Source: Clostridia bacterium
GTDB taxonomy: Bacteria; Bacillota; Clostridia; Christensenellales; QALW01
Assembly: GCA_045594045.1 (NCBI GenBank)
Contig: JAZNXV010000032.1
Coordinates: forward strand, 14,164-78,163
Direction: 5' to 3'
Length of the DNA stretch: 64,000 nucleotides
Both the position numbers and the translations under genes were made by a program. Numbering within the stretch: position 1 is the first letter of the stretch; the number at the start of each line of letters is the position of its first letter. Positions 29,670 to 39,060 of the stretch are shown here, one piece after another. Under the pieces are notes generated by a model. It did not search any database, had not been told where the DNA came from, and was given only the letters and a program-made list of their open reading frames with translations.

Positions 29670-29698
29670 ATTATATAGGTTTTTGTCTATTTTGTCAA
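29670..29698 (-). promoter_or_regulatory. consensus sigma-A promoter driving the ZTP riboswitch-pflBA transcript
   Basis: On the minus strand: TTGACA (29698-29693), 17-bp spacer, TATAAT (29675-29670). Confidence 0.8.
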
Positions 29699-29924
29699 AC
29701 GCTATACGCAGGGAATTTAAGTAAAATTACTCTACCTTTTAATTGTTTACATTTTAAATTTTAATTGGTCGTATTTACGTATTGTTTCGCAGTTTTTTAT
29801 TGCAATTTTATTTGTTGTAGGTTATAATTACTGCTATAAAGATGATTAAAAGAATGTTGCAATTCTTTCAGCACCTTAAAAAGCTTGTTTAAGCCTTTTT
29901 ACAGAACATAAGGGAGTGTTTATT

Positions 29925-30776
29925 ATGAAAATTCTCGCATTTGGTGAAACTCTTTTTGACATTCAAAACGGTAACGCCTGCCTTGGCGGCGCGCCGGTAA
30001 ACTTTTGTGCCCACACTGTTGGCGCAGGAGGCGAAGCTTATTTGATTTCGGCCGTTGGAAATGACAATTTGGGCGAGGACGCCTTAAAGCAATTAAGCGG
30101 CTACGGTATTAACACGAAGTACGTTTCCGTTTTAGACAGTTTCCCTACGGGCTACTGCCTTGTAACCCTCAACGAACAGGGTATTCCAAAATATGACCTT
30201 AAAAGTGACGTTGCCTACGACAATATTGCCCTGCCCCAAAGCATTGACGAAGCACCCGTTGACGCCCTTTATTTCGGCTCTCTTGCCCTGCGGAGAGAAA
30301 AAAATCTCTCTTGCGTTAAAGAGCTTATAAAAAAAGCCGCGCCCAAGGAAATTTTTGTTGATATTAACGTGCGTATGCCCTTTTTTTCTAAAGAGGTTGC
30401 CTTGTTTGCTTTAGAGCACGCTACAATTTTAAAGGTGAGTGATGAAGAATTACCCCTTTTGTTTTCTACGGTAGATTATCAAAACAACGGCACCTTGGAC
30501 GAGCTTGTTGGCTTTATTAAGGCAAACTATAAAAATATCCGCCTTTTAATCTTTACCAAGGGTGCTGACGGCTCTGACTGCTATGATTTTGCTTCCGATA
30601 TTTGCACAAGCTGTCCCGCAGAAAAAGCAACGGTTGTTTCCACTGTTGGTGCAGGCGATAGCTTTTCCGCCACGTTTTTAGTTAATTATTTAAAGGGCGA
30701 CGGTATTTTAGACTCTCTTAAAAAAGCGTCCGCCCGAAGCGCTCTTGTTATCGCCCAGGAAGGCGCGATAATTTAG
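29925..30776 (+). CDS. PfkB-family carbohydrate kinase (fructokinase-like)
   Basis: C-terminal PfkB signature TVGAGDSFSA. ATG 29925 follows AGGGAG. Confidence 0.8.
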   Translation: MKILAFGETLFDIQNGNACLGGAPVNFCAHTVGAGGEAYLISAVGNDNLGEDALKQLSGYGINTKYVSVLDSFPTGYCLVTLNEQGIPKYDLKSDVAYDNIALPQSIDEAPVDALYFGSLALRREKNLSCVKELIKKAAPKEIFVDINVRMPFFSKEVALFALEHATILKVSDEELPLLFSTVDYQNNGTLDELVGFIKANYKNIRLLIFTKGADGSDCYDFASDICTSCPAEKATVVSTVGAGDSFSATFLVNYLKGDGILDSLKKASARSALVIAQEGAII

Positions 30777-30866
30777 CAAAACGTCTTCCCGTCAAGGCGC
30801 AGACCTTTTGTAAAGCAATTTTTAATAAACCACGGATAACAATTTAAATAAAATGATTGAATATAC

Positions 30867-30897
30867 AAAAAACTTCACGGCAAGCGTGAAGTTTTTT
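30867..30897. terminator. bidirectional terminator between the kinase and aminotransferase genes
   Basis: 13-bp stem AAAAAACTTCACG / CGTGAAGTTTTTT with a 5-nt loop. Confidence 0.75.
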
Positions 30898-30904
30898 ATA
30901 TTAA

Positions 30905-32095
30905 CTATTTAAGCATATCCTTTTTCAGTTGCTCTAAAAGCGCCATACCCTTTATAATTTGCTCGTCTGTGGGTGTTGAGTAATTGATGCGGAAATGACC
31001 GTTCGGTTTTTCATCAACCGCAAAGGCACTACCGGGTACAACAGCTACACCAAGTTCCTTTACACTGCGGGTACAAAACTCTTGCATATCAATTTCCTTG
31101 GGAAGCTTACACCAGGCAAAAAGACCGCCTTGGGGAACTTCAAATTCGATTTCAGGCAAAAGATGCTCTTTCATTTTTTCAATACAAAGCGCCGCTTTTT
31201 TTGTGTAAAGCTCTCTTAAATACTCAAGATGCGCTTCAAAATCGTATTTGGTAATAAATTCATAAGCAATCATTTGAGCAAGAATGTTTGAGTGAACGTC
31301 CTGGGTTTGCTTAAGTGCGGTAAATTTGGCAATAAGCGTTTTAGGAGCGATGCACCAGCCTACTCTTAAACCCGGAGCAAGCACCTTTGAAAACGAGCCT
31401 GCATAAATAACAAGACCGTCGGTATCCATACTTTTGATGGCTTGAGGGGGTGCTTGATCAAAATAAAGCTCACCGTAGGGGTTATCTTCAATAATCAAGA
31501 ACTTATATTTTTTTGCCAAGGCATATATTGCCTTTCTCTTTTCAAGGCTCGTGGTTATTCCCGTGGGATTCTGAAAGTTAGGTATTACGTATAAAAGCTT
31601 TACGTTTTTATTTGTTTTCACAGCTTCTTCCAAAGCTTCGATATTTATACCGTCCTTATCGGTTTTTACGCCCACTACGCTTGCCCCCGAAAGCTTTAAT
31701 GCGTTAAGAGAGCCTACAAAGCTGGGATCTTCGCACAAAATGGTATCGCCTGCACCTGCAAGCGCAATGGCAGCAAGACTCATAACCTGCTGTGCTCCGC
31801 AGGTGATAATCAAATCGTCGCCGTCGGCACCCACAGTATACTTTTCTCGCATATATTTTTTAAGATAATCACGCAAAGGAACGTAACCCTCGGTTACCGA
31901 ATACTGCAGAGCACCTATAGGATTTTTTGCCATTATATCGTTTATAATTTCCTTTACCTTGTCAACAGGAAATGCTTCGGGCGAGGGATTGCCTGCCGAA
32001 AACGGTATTATATTAGGCGCGGCTGAAAGCTTTAAAATTTCTCTTATTGCAGATGGCTTTAATTTATCTGCCGCAGGGGTAAAAATATATTCCAT
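30905..32095 (-). CDS. PLP-dependent aminotransferase, class I/II
   Basis: 396 aa with the PLP-lysine motif SFSKVLAPGLRVGW and the NPxNPTG-type motif NFQNPTG. Confidence 0.85.
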   Translation of the reverse strand: MEYIFTPAADKLKPSAIREILKLSAAPNIIPFSAGNPSPEAFPVDKVKEIINDIMAKNPIGALQYSVTEGYVPLRDYLKKYMREKYTVGADGDDLIITCGAQQVMSLAAIALAGAGDTILCEDPSFVGSLNALKLSGASVVGVKTDKDGINIEALEEAVKTNKNVKLLYVIPNFQNPTGITTSLEKRKAIYALAKKYKFLIIEDNPYGELYFDQAPPQAIKSMDTDGLVIYAGSFSKVLAPGLRVGWCIAPKTLIAKFTALKQTQDVHSNILAQMIAYEFITKYDFEAHLEYLRELYTKKAALCIEKMKEHLLPEIEFEVPQGGLFAWCKLPKEIDMQEFCTRSVKELGVAVVPGSAFAVDEKPNGHFRINYSTPTDEQIIKGMALLEQLKKDMLK

Positions 32096-32272
32096 AAAAA
32101 CACATCCTTATAAACCAAAGCATTACGCTTGGGATAATTTTTGTACGCTATAATTCTAACACAAAACAAGTTAAAACACAAATAAAATAATTGTTTTGTT
32201 GTAATAAAAAAGGGTTTCTGTTATAATATAAAAAACGGCTTATGTTCCTATAAGCTTTTTAGAGGCAAACAA

Positions 32273-32743
32273 ATGTTAAATACCACCCTAATACACATTG
32301 AAAAAGACAACAAGTATCTGATGCTTCACCGCACAAAAAAGCAAAACGACATAAACAAGGATAAATGGATAGGCATTGGCGGTAAGTTTTTAGAAAACGA
32401 AAGTCCCGAGGAGTGCGCCTTGCGCGAAGCCGCCGAGGAAACAGGCTTAACCCTTAACAAAATAGAATACCGCGGAATTGTTACCTTTGTAAACAACGCC
32501 TGCGAGGGCGAATATATGCACCTTTTTACCTGCAGTGATTTCAGCGGTGACCTAAAGCCCTGCGACGAAGGTGTTTTAGAATGGGTTGATAAAAAAGAAT
32601 TGTTTTCTTTGCCCATTTGGGAGGGGGATAAAATATTTCTGCGCCTGATTGATACGCCTTGTCCCTTTTTCTCCTTAAAGCTTATATACCAAGGCGATAA
32701 GCTTATCAATGCAATTTTAGACGGCAGGGAGCTTTCGTTTTAA
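32273..32743 (+). CDS. NUDIX hydrolase (MutT-like)
   Basis: Nudix box GGKFLENESPEECALREAAEETGL. Confidence 0.85.
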   Translation: MLNTTLIHIEKDNKYLMLHRTKKQNDINKDKWIGIGGKFLENESPEECALREAAEETGLTLNKIEYRGIVTFVNNACEGEYMHLFTCSDFSGDLKPCDEGVLEWVDKKELFSLPIWEGDKIFLRLIDTPCPFFSLKLIYQGDKLINAILDGRELSF

Positions 32744-32914
32744 CCCCGAAAGCACAAAAGCCCTTTTGCTTTTTCGCAAAATAGGTTTTGGTTGTGCCGA
32801 TGCCAAAATAAAAGCTTTTTCGTTTTTTTAACCCGTTTTTAGTTGTACAAACATTAAAAATAAAAACCATTCCGTTTTTGTCAGAACGGTTTCGTTTTTA
32901 TTATGTAAATTTTG

Positions 32915-32953
32915 CCAATAAAAAAGCATTCTGTTTTTACACAGAATGCTTTT
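32915..32953 (-). terminator. terminator after the MATE transporter gene
   Basis: 13-bp stem AAAAGCATTCTGT / ACAGAATGCTTTT. Confidence 0.7.
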
Positions 32954-32956
32954 GAT

Positions 32957-34315
32957 TTATTTGAATTTTTTAAATTTCCAATACAAAACGAATACAAAAA
33001 ACAAAGCTAAATTATGAGCAATCATACACGCCCAAACGGATATTAAGCCAAGAGAAAGCATTTGGGTGCAGATAAACGTTCCCAAAATGCGTACGCCCCA
33101 CATAGTTGCAACATTTGCCGCCAAGGGCATAGCGGTTTTTCCCATTCCCTGAAGCATACCTTCTATGACAATGGGCACCCCAAAGAACGGCTCCGACAAG
33201 GCAACCATTCTAAGCACCGTTGTGCCTAAAAAGATAACCTGAGCATCTCGGGTAAACAGCATAACCATTTGAGGCGCAAAGATAAACAAAAGTGACCCGG
33301 AAATAACCATCAGAACGGTTTCAAGTATCAAAATAGCTTTTGACAGCTTTCTAATTTGCTCTTTATCACCTGCCCCATAGGCGTTGCCTGCAAGAGTAGC
33401 GGCGGCAGTTTGCATGCCGTAACCGGGAATGTAGAACAATGATTCCACCGTATTTGCAACGGTATGGGCGGCAGTTGAAATTTCGCCCAGGGAGTTTACC
33501 ATTGAAGCAAACATAACATATCCCAAGGAAGTGCCGAAGCGTTGCAGCATATTAGGGAACGCAACCCTTAAGCAAGGCTTAAGAATTTCTTTATCGGGTA
33601 AAAAGCTTTGCCTGTGCGGAGATATTACGGAATTCTTAAAAAGCGCCACAAACATAAATATTCCGCCTATCACAAAGGAAATAGCACTTGCCGCGCCTGC
33701 GCCGAGCACGCCCCAGCCTAAACCGAAAATTTCTATATTGCTTCCCAAAATACTTACTGTGCGCGTAGGATAAATGCACACAAAGTTAAGCACAATGTTT
33801 ATTACGTTTGATAAGACACCTACCAGCATAGGCGTCCTTGTATCCCCCGCGCTGCGCAAAACTGTTCCGAGAATAATACTCGAGCACCTGAATAGCATTG
33901 GCGAATATATTACAAAAAAGTATTTTCCCGAAATATCCTGTATATTTTTATCCACCTGCATCCAAACGGGTACGTATTTGCTTACCCCCAATGTAAGCGC
34001 AGTAAACAATATTCCCGCAATAAACGTAAGAAGTACCGCTTGTGCCGAAGCACGCGCCGCCTTTTTATTTTCGCCCGCCCCAAGAGCTTGGGATATGTAC
34101 GATAAAAGCCCAATGCCCAAAGCGCTTACGGTACCGTTAACAAGCCAATTTACAGTTGTTGTTGCTCCTACTGCGGCAGTAGCGTCCGTGCCCAGCGCGC
34201 CTACCATAGCAACGTCCACGTACTGCACGGTTGTTTGCATAAGCTGCTCCAGCATAGTTGGCCATGCAAGTGCAAAAATTATGTATAATTTGCTTGCTTT
34301 AAAATTTTTTAGCAT
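32957..34315 (-). CDS. MATE family efflux transporter
   Basis: 452 aa with 12 TM helices and a MatE-type N-terminus (ALAWPTMLEQLMQTTVQYVDVAMVG). Confidence 0.9.
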   Translation of the reverse strand: MLKNFKASKLYIIFALAWPTMLEQLMQTTVQYVDVAMVGALGTDATAAVGATTTVNWLVNGTVSALGIGLLSYISQALGAGENKKAARASAQAVLLTFIAGILFTALTLGVSKYVPVWMQVDKNIQDISGKYFFVIYSPMLFRCSSIILGTVLRSAGDTRTPMLVGVLSNVINIVLNFVCIYPTRTVSILGSNIEIFGLGWGVLGAGAASAISFVIGGIFMFVALFKNSVISPHRQSFLPDKEILKPCLRVAFPNMLQRFGTSLGYVMFASMVNSLGEISTAAHTVANTVESLFYIPGYGMQTAAATLAGNAYGAGDKEQIRKLSKAILILETVLMVISGSLLFIFAPQMVMLFTRDAQVIFLGTTVLRMVALSEPFFGVPIVIEGMLQGMGKTAMPLAANVATMWGVRILGTFICTQMLSLGLISVWACMIAHNLALFFVFVLYWKFKKFK

Positions 34316-34622
34316 ATTTTCTCCACGCAGTTAAAATCAAAAAATGAAAAATCCGTTTTAATAAAATCAAAGAATCTGTTTTTACATCTTTTAATCAAAA
34401 ACACTTTTAATTTTATTGTTATTATATCATTACGATTTATTTTTAGCAACAAGCATTGAGTAAGTTGCTCGCTTTTAGAAAACGCAACAAGTAAATCAGA
34501 TTGTTTTTAGTTACAAACAAAAAAACAACCTGTCTTTTATCAACAAGCATTGAATAAACCGCCTTATTTCAGTCTTAAGACCTGGTAAAGCGGTTTGTTT
34601 TTTTTCTTTATGCTTTTAATCT

Positions 34623-35735
34623 TTATTGAACGTCTTTAAAGCTCTTTCTGCAATTATTAAGCAAAATACCAAAGGTAATGCACGCCGTTGCAGTAGCTAT
34701 AGAGTAAAGGTCCAAGCCCAATGCTCCAAAGGCATTAAAGCCGCCTACAATAAACAGCATTACTATTACAAACATTGATATCTTTTTAGGTGCGTATCCA
34801 GTTTCCGCAACTGCTTTTAAGCTTTTTGCAGTTGACGAGATTCCTGAACAGAACAGCGTATTTATAAAGAAAGCAATGGCCAACACTATAAACATAATAA
34901 CAAAAACAGTTGTCATTATTCCACCTAACGCCGCCGAATTAAAGGGTGCAAACCCAAAGCTGTCGCCATAGACCTCGCCAAAGCCGCCGCCATAGACTTC
35001 ACCAAAGACCTCGCCCATATCTGTACCTGCAAAGAGCTCCTTACCGAAAAGAGCAAAAAGAACTGCTACCACACTGAATATAACGGTTAAAACAGAGCTT
35101 ATTGTTGCTTCTACGGTAGCTATAACACGTGCTATGGTAAAGCCCGTTGTTTTAATTGAAGGCTCCTGCACGTTCCTTGCGCCTGCATATAAAAGCCATG
35201 CGGCAACTACCATAAGCACCGAAGGCACAAGCGATAAAAGCGTTGAACCTACGTCCACAGAGCTAATGGCATCAACGAAAGAAGAATCCAGGGGAATTTC
35301 CGAAAACTCATTAAAGCCCTCCATAAACCCTGCATAGAATGAGTTCATGATACTGGTGCTCATTACACTTTGCATTGCATTTATAGCCTCAATACCTAAT
35401 TTTACTGACAGAGCAATACTTGTAACAAGAAACAAGCTTGATGCAAACGCCTTTTTAAGTATGTTGATTACGGGATTGGGAGAGTACACCTTTTCCTGCG
35501 GTGCATAATACTGCTGACCTTGGCTTGAGCCTTGTGTGCCGTAGCCTTCGCCAAAGCCCGTTGCTCCTGCCGACTGATTGCCTGCCGCGCCGTTAAGCCC
35601 TGCAAGGTGACTGCTATCGCCGTTCGCGTCAAGAGCATGACCCGTATTATTCTCCTGCTTTAATAGCTGTGCTCCGCAGTTTTTACAAAACACAGCGTTT
35701 TCTAAATTTTCAGTGCCACATTTAACACAAAACAT
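34623..35735 (-). CDS. zinc-ribbon domain membrane protein
   Basis: N-terminal CxxC...CxxC ribbon (MFCVKCGTENLENAVFCKNCG), a low-complexity linker and about 6 TM helices. It is the last gene of the SPFH/TPM cluster. Confidence 0.6.
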   Translation of the reverse strand: MFCVKCGTENLENAVFCKNCGAQLLKQENNTGHALDANGDSSHLAGLNGAAGNQSAGATGFGEGYGTQGSSQGQQYYAPQEKVYSPNPVINILKKAFASSLFLVTSIALSVKLGIEAINAMQSVMSTSIMNSFYAGFMEGFNEFSEIPLDSSFVDAISSVDVGSTLLSLVPSVLMVVAAWLLYAGARNVQEPSIKTTGFTIARVIATVEATISSVLTVIFSVVAVLFALFGKELFAGTDMGEVFGEVYGGGFGEVYGDSFGFAPFNSAALGGIMTTVFVIMFIVLAIAFFINTLFCSGISSTAKSLKAVAETGYAPKKISMFVIVMLFIVGGFNAFGALGLDLYSIATATACITFGILLNNCRKSFKDVQ

Positions 35736-35779
35736 ATTTTTTCTCCTTTTTAGTAAAACTGATAATGTAATAAATTCGC

Positions 35780-36550
35780 TTAAAATCTTCCTCCACCGCC
35801 GCCGTGGACTCTGCCCGACGATGACGTGTGGGTTGAATTGTTTTGCTGAATAGGCCTCTTTGTAACCGTGCGATATAAATATATATCTGCACTTTTTGTG
35901 ATTTTAAAGCTGTTTGCAACGGTGTATTCCCTTGCTGAATTATTAAAACGCACCGTTTTCATCTTGCTTTTCATAATGCTAACGGTTATAAGCCCTATTA
36001 TAAGCCCGATGCAAAGGCAAGTGATAACGGGAATAAGATTAAACCCTGTGCCTGCATTTTCCCCCTCCGAGTATGCTTTAAAAAGGCTTTCCGCTTCACT
36101 GACATATTCACAAAAGGCTTCGTAATAGTTGCCCTTTGAAAGATCCGGCTTAACGGCGTTAAGCAAGCGATCAATTCCCGCGCCTGCAAAAACCTCTATA
36201 GTCTCGCCACAGGTAGAAAAGTACATTCGCCGCCCGGTCATTTCAACAACGAACACCATACCGCTGTAGTTTTCGCCCCAGCCGAAGCCGTTGTTATCAA
36301 AATAATCGTCAGCATACCCGCTGATATTATAATCATTTATGGTTGAATCCCTTACGGTAAGTATACAAAGCTCTGTTTGGTAAGTATTATTCACGCTTAA
36401 AAGCATCTGCTCTATGCGCTTTTCTTCACTTTCGGAAAGTAAATCCGCCTTATCGTTTACAAGGGGTGCCTTTGCGTTTGTACCCACAAGGCATAAAAGT
36501 GAGAGCACAATGCTTATAATTAAGCTTAAAGTAAAAATTCTTCTTTTCAT
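35780..36550 (-). CDS. TPM-domain protein (YdjH/YgcG-like)
   Basis: Signal/TM start MKRRIFTLSLI behind GGAGG. It has a TPM domain (VNDKADLLSESEEKRIEQML...), a C-terminal TM helix and a Gly-rich tail. Confidence 0.75.
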   Translation of the reverse strand: MKRRIFTLSLIISIVLSLLCLVGTNAKAPLVNDKADLLSESEEKRIEQMLLSVNNTYQTELCILTVRDSTINDYNISGYADDYFDNNGFGWGENYSGMVFVVEMTGRRMYFSTCGETIEVFAGAGIDRLLNAVKPDLSKGNYYEAFCEYVSEAESLFKAYSEGENAGTGFNLIPVITCLCIGLIIGLITVSIMKSKMKTVRFNNSAREYTVANSFKITKSADIYLYRTVTKRPIQQNNSTHTSSSGRVHGGGGGRF

Positions 36551-36560
36551 ATCACACCTC

Positions 36561-37643
36561 CTAAACAAGCCCAAAAGCAAAGCTTAAAAGGTACATTGCA
36601 GAAGCTATTATGCCGCCTAACCCAAACAGCCAAAGGCAGTATTTCTTCTTATCTATAGGCAGATTTCCCACAAATTTGCCCGTTTGCCCATTCATAGCAA
36701 ACAAATATTTTTTGCCCTTCCATGTGGTGTTAAGAATCCACACGGGATACAGTGCATATTTTGTTTTGCCCCCCGAAAGCCGTACACTGCTGTGCTCGGG
36801 GAAAAAGCTTGTGTATCCCAAAACCGTTGAATTAAAGGCCTGCTGAGTACAGTTTTTAACTCGTTCGTTAGCTCGTTTTATGCTTGTTTGAGAGTCAACG
36901 TCGTATCTATCGGCAAAATATCCTGCCAAATACGCCGTTTGAAAATCCACCGCTTCACTAAAATCATACGGCTCTAACGCCTCCATTAAATCGTCGGGCA
37001 TTTTTTGCGAGCCGTCCACCGGAACGTTTTGAAATGCAATTTCGCCCCCGCGTAGCACAGAAAAATAGCTTGTTTCGGTATAGACGTACTTACTGTCGCT
37101 GTAGGTGTGTACTCGTGTTGCTCTATATCTGAAATCTCCCTGAACACCCGTATTAAACAGCCAAAATGGTACGTATATACCCTTAATTTCATCAATATGC
37201 TGCTCTGTTTTAAACGCTTTGGGCAAAAGAGGCTTGCCCTGCAGATACTTTGCCATACCTGCCTTTGCAGCCATTTTATCAAGCTTAAAGGGCAACACGT
37301 AATCAGGCTTGAGCATTCCCGCGAGCTGTTCGGTCATTACCACTGGATTATCGCAGTACGGGCAAGAAGTTGCCGCCAAGGAACCGTCGCCTATAATGGT
37401 GCCGCCGCAGGAGGTGCAAACGTATTGGCGAACGTTTCCCGTTTCTTCCCACGGTGCAGAGGTTTGGTCCCACTGCATATTATCTTCTGCGTCCTGTGCA
37501 AGCGCCTCGTCGTATTCACGCAAGGTTTCCATTTCAAATTCCGTATCACAGTAGGGACATTTCATTTTTTGAATGTTACTGTCAAAGGAAATTGCTCCGC
37601 CGCAGCAAGGACATTTATATTCTTGTACAGCCATCTGTTTCAC
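36561..37643 (-). CDS. double zinc-ribbon membrane-anchored protein (YdjG-like)
   Basis: Zinc-ribbon pairs CPCCGG...CPYCD and CTSCGG...CPYCD, plus a C-terminal TM helix. Confidence 0.6.
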   Translation of the reverse strand: MKQMAVQEYKCPCCGGAISFDSNIQKMKCPYCDTEFEMETLREYDEALAQDAEDNMQWDQTSAPWEETGNVRQYVCTSCGGTIIGDGSLAATSCPYCDNPVVMTEQLAGMLKPDYVLPFKLDKMAAKAGMAKYLQGKPLLPKAFKTEQHIDEIKGIYVPFWLFNTGVQGDFRYRATRVHTYSDSKYVYTETSYFSVLRGGEIAFQNVPVDGSQKMPDDLMEALEPYDFSEAVDFQTAYLAGYFADRYDVDSQTSIKRANERVKNCTQQAFNSTVLGYTSFFPEHSSVRLSGGKTKYALYPVWILNTTWKGKKYLFAMNGQTGKFVGNLPIDKKKYCLWLFGLGGIIASAMYLLSFAFGLV

Positions 37644-37671
37644 CTATATACTGTTAAAGTAAATCTTGCTT

Positions 37672-38880
37672 TTATACAAGGTCGTTTTCATCAAACTTAT
37701 CGCCGCATTCGGGGCAGAATTTAGGTGGCATTTGAGGGTTTGCAGGCTTAAATCCGCACTTTGAGCATTGATATACCGGCTTTTTTGCACCGCATTCGGT
37801 ACAGAATTTGCCTGAATTTTGTGTGCCGCAAACGCAAGCCCACTGATTTCCTTGGTTGCCTTGATATCCTTGATTTGCGCCCATTGCAAAAAGATTTTGC
37901 GCATTCATTCCGCCTACGCTATTTGCCATACCCATACCTATAAAGCCATTCATTGCGCCGGAGTCATTATTAGCCGCATCACGCATAGCGTCGGCTTGTG
38001 CGCCCACAAGAGTTGCCGCAGCATAAGTGGGATTTTGAAGCATAGCCGCCTTTTGTGCCTGCTTAATCATATCCGCGTCTTCCTCGGGAAGCGTTACCGA
38101 GCCCAAAGCAACGGAAACAACCTTTAAGCCGCGAAGCTCGCCCCATTTTTTAGAAAGAGCTTCGTTCATAGCATTTTCAAGCTCTGTATTGTGAGCGATA
38201 ATTTCGTTAGGACGCAATCCAAGTGCCGAAAGCTTGCTGAACGCGGGCTGAAGCGCACTTATGAATTCCGTCTTAAGCTGACTGTCAAGCTCCGAACGCA
38301 GATATTCGTCCTCAACGTTTCCGCACACGTTGGTGTAGAAAAGCATCGGGTCGGTTATTTTATAGGAATATAAGCCCGAGCAACGAACTGAAACGTCAAC
38401 GTCAAGACCGATTTTATTATCAACCACTCTAAACGGAATAGGATTTGGTGTTCCGAACTTATTATCAATAAGCTCCTTCAAATTAAAATAATATACTCTT
38501 TGGTCCTTGCCCGTATCTCCGCCGTAGGTAAAACGCTTGCCGATAGTCTTAAAGGTTTCAACAATGCTTGTGCCGAGAGAGCCTGCAAAAATACTCGGCT
38601 CTGTTGAAGAATTGTAAGTAAACTCACCCGGTTCGGCGCAAAGCTCTACCACCTTGCCCTGTTCAACAATCATCATGCATTGACCGTCGGCAACGGCAAT
38701 ACCTGAGCCGTTTGAAATAATATTATCGTTTGCTTTTGTATTTGATGAGCGTCCCGAAATCTGTTTAACGCCCTTTGTTACCATAACGTTTTTATCCATA
38801 GCCTCACAATAGAAAAACTCTTTCCACTGGTCAGCCAAGGTTCCGCCTAACGCACCTATACCTGCTCTGATAAGTCCCAT
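37672..38880 (-). CDS. SPFH-domain protein (YdjI-like) with C-terminal zinc ribbons
   Basis: 402 aa. It has the N-terminal MGLIRAGIGALGGTLADQWKEFF typical of YdjI-type SPFH/virion-core-like proteins. The C-terminus has CxxC pairs (CVCG...CTECG, CSKCG...CPECG). Confidence 0.75.
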   Translation of the reverse strand: MGLIRAGIGALGGTLADQWKEFFYCEAMDKNVMVTKGVKQISGRSSNTKANDNIISNGSGIAVADGQCMMIVEQGKVVELCAEPGEFTYNSSTEPSIFAGSLGTSIVETFKTIGKRFTYGGDTGKDQRVYYFNLKELIDNKFGTPNPIPFRVVDNKIGLDVDVSVRCSGLYSYKITDPMLFYTNVCGNVEDEYLRSELDSQLKTEFISALQPAFSKLSALGLRPNEIIAHNTELENAMNEALSKKWGELRGLKVVSVALGSVTLPEEDADMIKQAQKAAMLQNPTYAAATLVGAQADAMRDAANNDSGAMNGFIGMGMANSVGGMNAQNLFAMGANQGYQGNQGNQWACVCGTQNSGKFCTECGAKKPVYQCSKCGFKPANPQMPPKFCPECGDKFDENDLV

Positions 38881-39004
38881 AAAAATACCTCCTGAAAAAA
38901 TTATTTAGCATTAAAACTGTGTATTTTAGTATAACCTAATACATGCCGTAATTGCGACATTATCTAAAATAATAATACAACATTTTATATCAAAAGTCAA
39001 TCTT

Positions 39005-39047
39005 TCAAAAAAAGAAAAGCTGTCGAAAAATCCTATTCGACAGCTTA
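39005..39047 (-). terminator. terminator after the E2-like acyltransferase gene
   Basis: Stem AAGCTGTCGAA / TTCGACAGCTT, with a T-run on the minus strand. Confidence 0.7.
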
Positions 39048-39060
39048 CGTATTTTTTTGT

